The position numbers were made by a program, and so were the translations under genes. Shown here one piece after another: positions 39,531 to 50,400 of a stretch of 64,000 nt of DNA; positions within the stretch are counted from its first letter, which is position 1; each line of letters opens with the position of its first letter. Where the stretch lies: positions 2,914,001-2,978,000 of the forward strand of contig CM120640.1 of NCBI GenBank assembly GCA_051362555.1, written 5' to 3'. This DNA comes from Lingula anatina (lineage: Eukaryota > Animalia > Brachiopoda). The notes beneath the pieces were generated by a model. It searched no databases and was not told the origin of the DNA. It saw nothing but the letters and a program-made list of their open reading frames with translations.

Positions 39531-42500
39531 TTAGCAGTGAGTTATTTCATTCTGCTCATTGGGTATTTCCATATTATCTACCAAGGTGGCAGTATGGGAA
39601 GAACGTGGTTCAGTGTCGGCGCCATTACCCTCTGTATAAGTGAGAGACCGAAGACGCTTTATAGGTGACTTTAAGAAACTGCTTGGTGTTCCAATGCTGC
39701 TGACGCTGAAAGACCGCGGTTTCTTTTCTGGGAGTTCGACCTGTGCAAATTTATTTTCTTCTTGCTGTTTCTGCCGCGTACTTTGAAGTTCAACATATGT
39801 TTCATTTTCGTTATAAAAACCTAAGGCGTTTTTGTCTGTGGCATCGTTGCTTAGAAAACTGTCATCCAAATTGTTGTTGCTGGGGCTATCATCATCAGCT
39901 GCTCTGTTTTCCGTGGTTTCAGAGTTCACGGAAGCACTCTTCTCATGCAATGACGTCCGCAGGTAGGGCTGACTGCCGTCTTCTGATTCTTCATCATCGG
40001 ATGGGTGAACTTTTGATGGGTCCAAGCCAAGCGAACCAAACGCGGCCAGAGAAGCGAGCATTGTTAGAGACGCCCCACTGGATCGTCGTCTGAACCGATT
40101 CTCTGAAATAACGACAAGGACATGGTATCACCTTAAAAAACGTGCTATACAATGACACTTCACACAGGCGTTACACTATCTGATTTTTCTCCCAAGGCAC
40201 GCTTTTAAAAACTGAACCGAAAATGAATGTAGTGAATAAAGTTCAAAACGAAAATTGCCTTTGACCAAATGCGCCATCTTGGTCATTGCCCAAAGAGTTA
40301 GATATAAATTTGCAGTTATGTTATGCAGGAGCGGATCCATAGATATTTTCTAATCTTCCAAATTATCTTTGTAGATCCATTCCCCATTTTGACCATCTTC
40401 CGACAGAAAAAATTAAATACTAGTCAATGTAAACTTGAAAATCTGACCGTCCTCTGGAATACCCAAAAGATTTATATGATAGAAAACCAATGAAGTTCCG
40501 ACTCACCGTTGCCCACCTGCGGCTTACAGGCGTTTATGGCATCTTCTGGTGCTTCAAACTTTTTGCACAATCCACGTAAAGCGCGTATTTCTTGCTGTAA
40601 TGACACAAGTCATGGTGAAATGGGGTTTTCATAGTCTCTTGTGTAATAATGGTAATATATTTTTATTGTTGAGGCATAACGTTTCGACCCCTCTCCCCCC
40701 CCCCAAAAAAAAGGGGGGGTGATCACAAGACTGAATCGTCATGCCTCATGCAAATGTAGGTAGGAAACGATTTGTTTTTAATTTGTTTTTCGTTAATTGC
40801 TAAATTTGGCTACATAACAGAAAATTCTTAATTAAAGTTAATAACAGTTTGAAACAACGAAATTGTACAAAGGTGATATTCTGAACCGTGTTTGCTAATA
40901 TAGGCGACAGGTTACCTTGTGACGCTCGGCCTGTTTGATCAAGTCGGACACTCGTTTCAGCGCTTTTTTGCGGCCGCTCTTGACCATTTTCATTGCAATG
41001 TGGTCCTTTTCTTTCACAGTCATCACAAAACCTAGCAAATTGTAGAAGAACGAATCTACAGTTGAGACATAAAATGGGTGCATCTGCTAAAAAAGGAACT
41101 GAAATCCAGACACAGTAAAAATCAAATCAGTTGAGATTCCGATCGTGGTTTTACCAGGGTGAGGTAGAAATACATATACATGATATGCACATCATGCTGG
41201 GGTAGCGCTAACACTCGCCAATTTAGCCAAATGCTAAAACTGACTTAAATTGGTTAAAGAAAAAGGGCTTGATATGACATGTTTTAGCCAAATTATAACC
41301 ATTATGATAACAAATTGACAAAAATGTGGTGATTTGGCTAAGTGAAAAAAATTGCTAGCGCTACCCCAGACATGCCTTAGTGTAAGGTCGGGATGGTACA
41401 TGCGCTGGTGTTTTATCAATTAGGGATATACATGCACAGGATTAAAATATCAGAAATGATAATCTAATATCAAGCCAAAATATATGCAAACACAAGAAAA
41501 ATATCAATTAATACTGCCCCCATGTTTTCAGGGTTTATGAATCTACAAGTCAATTTTACTTTCTCATCACTGTTCAACTGCATAATGTAACACTCATTTC
41601 CGGAGCCCTGGTAAAAGTAATGTATTTAAAATGAAAATCAAAAATAAGAGGTCCAAGAATCATTTGACGTCACATAAGTGATTAGGCTTGTTCTACATTA
41701 AGTACTACGAACTGAAATTAATGGAAGCCCCCCGATTCGAGGAAGACCTCCTGTGAACTACAGGTGCCCTCACATGGTTAAAAAGTCCAATTAATTTTAG
41801 ATTTGCAATGTTTCCGGCATATCTTGCACTGGAAGTATATATTGACACCTTTATCGCGAAACAATAACCTAATGCTTACAATTCTTATTACCCTCCATGG
41901 TAAAAAATCACTTACTGTTCACAATTCTTATCACCCTCCATGGCACTAAGACAAGCACTAATACTGCTGCCTCCCCGGTATCGTCAGACCAAATACCTTT
42001 CAGAAACGCCAAGTCTAACACAAGTGAAATGGTGACCACGGCAGCATCAAATACCTATAATATATTCACATTTGATTACTGTTTTATCAGCCTTGTTAAC
42101 CAACTATGTTTGTTGCTATTTAGATAATCATTGCTGAGTTTACGTAATTAAAATATAATCTCTTAAGATTAAAAAAGCGAAATGGGTGAATATTTTTCTA
42201 CAATCTGCATTTTGGTTCTTAGATGTATCATTTGAATATGTCTTGTTTTAACATGGCAGCTAAGGTTCTCCCTAAACACCGAATTAAAAGACCAAGCACG
42301 AGGCTCACGAAGTCGAGAAAATTTCGTAAATCCCCATCCAGAAAATTATCAGGAAAACGCAACTGGATACTTGATTTTGAATAAATGGAGTCGACAGGGG
42401 GACTGGCGGACCCAGAATTCTGCTAGGGGGGGGAGGAGGGGGGCAGGATCAAAAGATTTTGGCGATTGAATAGAGTCAAATTGAAATTAGTAGACAAGAA

Positions 42501-45428
42501 CAATTAAATCATGATATATAGGGTACAGGGATGGAAATGTTCTTGGTTTGGTCTCATCTCTCTTTTTATACTGCTTTGTGAGAGGGAGGCAGCACGTGGC
42601 CCTCTTTGCCCCCCCCCCCCCCGCCCCTCCCCCTAGATCTGCTACTGAGAAGAGTAGAAAGCGCGGTATGAACCCCTTTTATAAGAACTTTTTCGCCAAA
42701 AATTCAACTTCTGTGCATTTTATTGATTAAATATCACTTACCTGAAACTTATACTGAAAGAATCTTCTTTTTGTTGCTATTATTCTCAAACAGTGCTGCA
42801 GGAAAAAAAAGGTAAATACGAGATTCTACATGTTTGCTTCCCACCAATGAAGGAAAATAGTATTTTCTAAATTGAGTACCTTTGAATCACACTCTGACTT
42901 AAATTTGGAAATTTTCAAAAAAAAAAAAAATTTGTCTATTGAAGAATTTTTAAGTGTAGTACTAACAAAGACTGCACAGGTTTAGAAAAACTGAACACTG
43001 TTATGGAAAGATAGGAAAACAACATACCACAAAAACAATACTTGACAGAATAAAAAGACTCAGCATATGCAATACGTGGCCGATTTCTTTCAAGACATGT
43101 TCGAGGGCATGGGGGCATTGGTCAGTATCACCAGGAAGTGAACAATTGCTAGGCTGCCCAGGGACTGCCTGCTTTGTGAGTGATCCTGTCAGTACATTCA
43201 GATACAAGACGCCGGGTTCTTCGGTTTGGGTCGGGGCGTGACTAACGGTGCTCTCAGACGTGGTTGGTCCCGGGCAGTGGATGTTGCTAATCTTCCGGAT
43301 TAAATCTGAGACGCTTTCTGTAGCTCTGCTTTTTAAGTGTGGAAACCTGTCATACAGAGCTTGACGAATGGAAGTCACGTAAGCCTTTGCTGCCTCCGTT
43401 TTTCCTGCAATACGGACAGTATATCGAGTATTGGTATTAGGGGCAAAAGGAATAACCTTCATATGTCATTTATTATTACCTCTTAACCAATGACTTTCGT
43501 TAGGTAATTTTTTTTCATCAAAATCATTCGTGGTTAAAATAAACACCCAATTAAACGAAAACACATGCATTTTTATTTGGCGGGCTACAGTTCTTACCAT
43601 TGGTAAGAGTTAAATCAATCAGCACTTCCCCTACTACACACGCAGCGTCCGCTATGGAAAGAATGCTGATAGCCATTAAAAGTGGGTAGCTGTACAGATA
43701 CTTCGTTAGTCTCTTCCTGGAAAATTAGTTCATATTATTACTGATGTCCCGTTTTTGGCCATGATGCTTGAAAATAGATCGAATTCAACGAAGCAAAGTA
43801 ATACAGCTATAACTCAATAAATTCGAATAAATTATCTATTAATAATCCCCCTCTCCAAAACTGTTTTGTTTGTGATGCTTCAAAATGTTTATTCACAAGA
43901 TTGAGAGATAATTCAGTTTTGTGTCAGGAAGTAAATTTTTGTGCGTGTTTGCAAACGAAGGGAAAATATTGGGGAAAATGAGACTTTGTAGATTTAAAGA
44001 AAGACCTTTTTTCAAAATTTTATCGTAGTATCAAATGAAATACTTTAAATATTGACATGTTTCTAGCATTAAAATCTTACAATTTTCAGGTGCTCCGTGC
44101 AAAGTCAACCTTAAATCCTGGCCAGTTTGGAACTGGCAATAATACTAGATAAATGGAGTGGCCATAAATTTTATTGTATGGTTTTTCAATCTGGGACTTC
44201 CCCAAATAGACCGTGATTTATCAATTAATAATCAACAAACGAAAAATTATGTCAGCTCTAGCTGTCATTTTGTTTGTCGACGTTTATTTCTTATATCCAT
44301 TTTGGTGTTTATCAATGGTTCGTTAAGGCCCATGTCTACACATGTATCGAAGTCCAGGGTTTTGTGACCTTGCACACCTGAAAATCCAATAGAATGAACA
44401 ACATGCTCCCCTGTTGCAGGTTTTGAGTGCTACTCATGTGTCATAAAATTTCTTAAACTTATCTTGAGAACATATTGTTGCTGTTAAACAAAGAAGGCGT
44501 TTTTCATTTTTTTTAATCCAAATACGGTGTGTTTTGTGATAGCGATGCTTGAAGTTATAAACTGCATTAGTTGTAAAAATCTCAAATTTTAAGATCACGG
44601 ATATTCATGATGTCATTGAATTTTGCTAGTTTTCAGTGTTTTTAGTAAATTTAACAGGTAAAATTAAAATTTAATATCAAAAGATAGGTTTATTATCGAA
44701 AACGCTATCAAAAATTCCGGTTTCACTGAGTATTTTGCGCCAACAAAGCGTCGACGTTACACCTTATTTATGTTATATATGTATTGCAATATATAAAATT
44801 TAAAACTGTATATTAATATTTTCTGATTAATAGTTAAAAATTTAATTCCAAACTCTTGGTCGAGGGCCGATGTGACATATTTCAGATGTGAAATTGTTCA
44901 TAACAATAAAGATGATTTGCTGGATTTCTGTGACATCAGAAAAAAATCAAAATGATTTTTGGCGGTGAAGAAAAGTTGAGTAATAGTTTTTTCAAAACCT
45001 TTAAAGCACAAAGGGCAAATCTTTAATCAAAACACCTTATGAGTCTAATATACCATGATTAAAACAGTTATACACGTACGTTTTAAAAATGCTTTATTTA
45101 TTGATATTCGGGAGCGTGCACGGAGGCAAGGTATGATAAAGCCTTTCAAATAAATGGACAAGTTAACAGTGGGCATTAAAGGAAACCCAACGAAGTCATT
45201 GTTTCACCTACGAGTCTAATTTTTATAGATTTTTTAGAATTTTCATAATTTACAGAATTATATACATATTATGACTATCGTTAATAAAATCCACTTAATT
45301 TTGAAGCAAACCTAGACCAGTTTCACCAAAAAATTAAACGACCTGGGAGGTAAAAAATATTAAGTCAACACTACAGATTACCTGAAAGATACTTTTGCCG
45401 CTTTCTCCCACGTTTTTTCTTTCTCCAT
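39531..45428 (-). CDS. Hv3: Voltage-gated proton channel family protein (voltage-sensor only, Hv3-like), 503 aa
   Basis: Eight in-phase GT/AG exons: 45382-45428 (ACCATGG start), 43598-43716 (S1 SILSIADAACVVGEVLID), 43028-43404 (long loop, then S2 LHMLSLFILSSIVFV), 42742-42795 (HCLRIIATKRRFFQYKFQ), 41916-42054 (S3 VFDAAVVTISLVLD, S4 LVPWRVIRIVN), 40916-41031, 40507-40594 (QEIRALRGLCKK, coiled-coil-like), 39531-40102. Total 1512 nt. Aligns by eye to human HVCN1 S1-S4. No pore domain and no phosphatase domain. Confidence 0.9.
41193..41374. mobile_element. Small MITE in an Hv intron
   Basis: Inverted ends ctggggtagcgcta..ttagccaaat / atttggctaa..tagcgctaccccag. Confidence 0.65.
42403..42646. mobile_element. 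Degenerate MITE of the CAG(T/G)GGCGGAT family
   Basis: ctggcggacccagaatt..G-run at the left and C-run..ctagatctgctactg at the right. Similar ends occur at 38125, 38942 and 40326. Confidence 0.45.
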
Positions 45429-46382
45429 GGTTACTGAATCCTGGCTTGAAATTATTTGCGTTTCCATTACACCCACATCCAGACTACCAACTACAGTAAT
45501 TGGCAACAAAATCCTCCCAAAGAGTTCCTTGGGTCATTTAAACGCCACTGCGCGTGCACGCTCTAACCATCAACTATACATTAGCATCAATAAAAGAGCA
45601 ATAAAAGTGATAAAACTTTATCACGTGCTGAAGTGGTAGGCTAAGAAAGGTGAGGGGAGGGGGCTTGGGGTCTTGGCTATTAACCAGCATTAACCAACGT
45701 TATGATCGGTGTGAATAGGAGCATGCAGGATAACGCCTGTTTGAATATGATTACAATGAAGAATACCAAAATGAGATAGAATTGAGATAGAATTCATGGA
45801 GAAAACACCTTCACACACACAAATCAAAACCTTGAAATAAATTAAGACAATAATTTCATTAAGTTGACAACTACAGCCACAATTGTACTAGGACCCACTT
45901 AATGGGTTTGCAGGGCCCTAGAATTTGGGAAAGTGTAACCCACATACATGGAAACACTGTACACATAGATCACATCAAATTTATTTCATACTGGACAGAC
46001 AATTATTGGCAATATTCTTACATGTATATGGCATACAACAGATACCGTTTAAAAAATCATCCAGGACACCTCTACTATCTACATGTAGTTGATATATTAG
46101 GCCCTACTGATAGAACGGTAACGAGCGGAATAAGGTCCACAATTACTTCAACTCAACAATAAACAGGCTTCCAAAACCCACATGATTGTTGTTAGACGTC
46201 TGAGCATACAGAAATTACCCATTTTTCTTCACTCCCAGGATTTAAGGGATGGCTAGAGTAGAAAAATGGTGTTTAAATATGTTGGATATTGTGCTATATA
46301 ACTTGCCCTAAACCTTAATGAACCGATGATTTTCCTGAAAATTACGTTAAAAAGTTATTTTAAGGGACCAGCCGACTTTTAG

Positions 46383-46597
46383 GCTCTGTTCTCACAACTT
46401 TTAGATCGATCTATCACCGCGGGGAGTCTCACTAGATTACTGTCAGATAATCCCCCTTAAGTGTCCGTCCCCGCCTACTACAAGCTTTAAGGGGTAATTA
46501 ACTTTCGTGTCCGCCCGGCTGACAGCTATTTAGCGTGAACCCCCAGGGAGTTAGGTCGATCCAATGTAGGTCGATCTAATCTATGAGAATGGAGTGT
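46383..46597. mobile_element. MITE-like family B relative in the Hv/CPSF6 intergenic region
   Basis: Ends ctctgttctca / tgagaatggag. Reverse-complement match to 47853-48026. Confidence 0.7.
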
Positions 46598-47435
46598 AAG
46601 TCCACCCTTTTGACAAGAAACATCATTTTTGGACAGGATATATGGATCGATAAACCTTCATGTTGCATTTTTAATGGAAGGAAAAATCACTGAATATCAC
46701 CTGAATATCAATGCGTACGCACAATCTTAAGAATCAATTGAAGGGCTTAAATCATGCTATTAATCTTCTCATAACATTGCATGGTCACTCTGACGTTAGT
46801 ATTGTTTGCTTTCATTCCCTCGTTTGAAATTAAAATATTAATGCGCTTATTACTTTTAAAAAACAATTTTATTTCTGAAATTTGTCAAAGGGATAAGGTA
46901 TCACATTTCACTGGTCTGAAAAGGTGTCTTTTTCGAATAGTACTTTTACATTTTAAAAAAGGATAGGGAAGGTAAACCATGACAGAAAAAAAAGACAGGG
47001 AACGAAAATTTTACCCGAAAATCAAATCACCCTTATGTTTGGGTACAGAGAAAAAGATAGTCAAGGCGAAGCCTGGTTCAGATATTCTGTGTTTGTCTGA
47101 GACGTGGAAAGAAAAAGAGATAGACAGTAGCAAAGACCTCGCACCACAAGCTTATAACAAAAACAAAGTAATATTTGACGTACACTTAGGAATAGGCTTG
47201 TCTTGACCACAATCTTATTTCTCACACCAGGTGGCAATTTTACCTCATTCTTTACAAAATTATTATTTCATCCAAAATTGTATACAGAGCACACAAGAAG
47301 TGTGATATTTATACTATTGAACATTATGTTATATACCAACCTTCAATATACTGTGCAATGTGCACGTATTTACCCCGAATAAACTGAGACTGCTGTTCTA
47401 TACTTAAAGGACAAGGCATGAGGTAGACCGACACA

Positions 47436-50400
47436 ATGGCGGACGGCGTGGACATCGATTTGTATGCAGATAATTTAGAGGATGATTTCCATCAAGTAAA
47501 CATTTTGCATAATCTTTTCACACTTTGATGCATAAGTCATTTACTTTCTAAAGCATTAGGTTGGGAAAACCATTTATCAAAGTATTGCATAAAACGTGCA
47601 ATGGCATTGTTATCACCCTCCGAATGAGGGATGTCTCTGATTTTATATTGTGAAAACAAAGTGATTTTATTGAAATTGAAACCGTATGTGTGATGATATA
47701 TATGTATTTGATAGGTCATTGTAAATATTGCTGTTATATGTCTGTGCAAGTGTTAAATTTGCAGTGCAGTGTAGTAACCCGACGGAAAGAGTCCGGAGAA
47801 GCCATTATTTTGGATCTCGTCTCATTTCGTGTATTGTCAGCTCAGCTTACTGCATTCCCACAGATTTAGATCGATCTATCTGGATCGACCTAACTCCCTA
47901 GGGGTTCACTCTAAATTGCTATCAGCCGAGCACGCACAGAAGTTAATTAACCCCTTACAGCTTTCAGTAGGCGGGACAGACATTTAAGCCGGCTAAGCTG
48001 ACAGTAATCTAGTGAGACTCCCCAAGGGAATAAATTTAAGAAGTAGAAATGTATTGTTTTAATTTTCTGTTTAGGATGCCGACTTCAATGGTGGCGGAGT
48101 CGACCTCTATGATGATGTCATAACATCACATTCAACCTCACAGGATCATTCCACAGAAGAGGTGAGCATGACTACAGGGGGTTTTAGAAACCAACTTAAT
48201 ACAATATCGAAAGCAAAGTACTTTTTGTACAATATACCTTATGACGCTGCAGTTCTGTTTGAATAAAGTGGAAACTGTCAAAAACTTCAACTTTTAAGTA
48301 TTTTTTAAAACTTTTTTACTGCAGCATCACCCTTGAACTAGAGGAAATTCACCCATAGTTGGCACTGAACTTGAATGCACTTAAATCTTTCTGTTGGTAG
48401 AAAATCACTGTTGGTACAGTATCACTAATGTTTAATAAACTTTTTTTTTTCGTACAGCAGCACCACCCTCAGTCAGATGGCCAAGAGACCAAACCTCGTG
48501 TGCCTGCAGGGACAACAGCTTACACAGGGAAAAGAGTGTCACTTTATGTGGGCAATATGACCTGGGTAAGAGAATACAGAGAGTTCTCTCTTTCAACAGT
48601 GAACAGTTTAGGGTACATTATTGAACAATTCTAATTAAGACTTCATTCTCGGTGCGGAGATGATACAGTTAAGAGTAGGATTCCCCTTAAATGACCATTT
48701 TTGCTAAGTGTTACCTAAATAAAAAATCACATAAGTAATTATCTATATCTATGTTTGCTTCTTCATTTGCAGTGGACCACAGATCAAGATCTGACTGATT
48801 GTATCACAAGTTTAGGAATCACAGACCTCCTGGAAATTAAATTTTATGAAAACAGAGCTAATGGACAGTCTAAAGGGTATGTATGTTTCTTCATCTTAAC
48901 TTGGAACATTAAGACCGAAATGTTATTTGTTTCACTGATTGTTTGTTTTATATATTGCAGCTGAAAATGTTATAAGTAGTGACTCAATATTTAAAAAAAT
49001 TCCTCTGATTTTCACTGAGTGAACTTTCTATGTGATTGCGTGTACAATCTGTGTATAAGCCTGCCATTTCATTCCTCAGGTTTGCTGTGGTAACTTTTGG
49101 GTCCGACTCATCTTCACGTATAGTAATGGAGAAGCTCCCCAGGAAGGACCTCCACGGCCAGGCCCCCGTGGTGACCCACTGCAATAAACACAACCTGTCT
49201 CAGTTTGAGAACCAGTCGCGGAAACCAGATGCTTCTCCTAGCCAGGACAGAGACAGGGACAGAGACAGAAATGACAACAGAGACCGAGATCGAGACAGAG
49301 ATAGGGACAGAGGTAAGTGGACAGAGTCAGACTGGGACTGGGATAGTAGATTGGTGTGCATATTTGACAAGGTGCTACACTTGTACCATTTTTTTATTTC
49401 CATTTATATTGAAATTTGATTTTTTCTCAGCGTTGTTCTGCATTAAGCTGCTCTCACACCCCCTGTCACTCAGTTTCTTATTTTTTTAACAAACCAAAAT
49501 CATGTCTGTTCACTTCAGGAAAAATGTTTGCGTTTATTCCTCAGGAATCACTTCTTAAGAATCATGGCCTAATAAAGCATGGTAACTTGATTAGAACTGA
49601 AGACTATGAAATTTGTAATGTCTAGGTTACCAGGATAACCGAGGTCCTCCAGGCAGGAATCACCCCCAGGGAGGTGGTGGGCGCGGGCGTGGCAACCCCT
49701 ACCCACCCAGGGGGCAGAGGCCAGCAGGACCCCCAGGTCCCCAGGGACCACCCCCTGGAGCTCCAGGAGGACCACCACCACCACATTTTGGAGGTAAGTT
49801 TCCTTTGTGAACAACAGGTGTCTTCTATACAGAAGAAAGATGACTGGGAGATAATAGCAGTGAAGAGAATGTGATGTGTAAGCTTTTGGAAGTAATAATT
49901 AGGAATAACCCAGTCAATAAATCTAGATTTTGTTGCACAAGATTATTGATTTCCATACATTAATTTCTGTTAATTGTATACATTGAAAATGTTACATTGT
50001 TATTGTATTTGTTAAATATTTATTTTACTGTGTGAAAAAGAAATATAGTTATATTCTGCAACAAGTGGAAAGACCACTTATGGATGAGAAAAATTGTTCA
50101 GTTGAATTTGAAATCTTTCAGGCCCCCCACGCCCTGGCCCCCCTGGTCCCCAGGGCCCCCCTCCCCCAGGAATGCAGGGTGGACCTCCCCATAGACAACA
50201 AGGGCCTCCACCAGGAATGGTAAACATTGTAGACTTACTTGCATATTTAATGATTTTTTATCTTTGAAGGATTTTTTTCCAATAAAAAAAAAAACAAAAA
50301 AAAAAAAAAAAACAACAACAGAATAGCAGTGATAAATGCAAATCTATATATCAGACATTTTAAAACTACCACCCTTTGTATACCTATGCATGTGTACTGC

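Noticed and set aside
41032-41083. MHPFYVSTVD.. extension of the Hv exon
   Set aside because: The phase-1 acceptor at 41032-41033 is the one compatible with the S4 exon. The upstream AG would fit only if S3-S4 were skipped, and there is no evidence for that.
43405-43462. ATG of ORF 43001-43462 as a gene start
   Set aside because: An acceptor at 43405-43406 joins in phase to the S1 exon, so the first 19 codons are intronic.
43900-45150. Possible TTAA-flanked DNA transposon remnants in Hv intron 1
   Set aside because: I could not define matching termini or a second copy with confidence.
7848-45428. Functional cluster of a proton channel with endolysosomal polyamine pumps
   Set aside because: Adjacency alone is not evidence in an animal genome, and no shared regulatory signal is visible.
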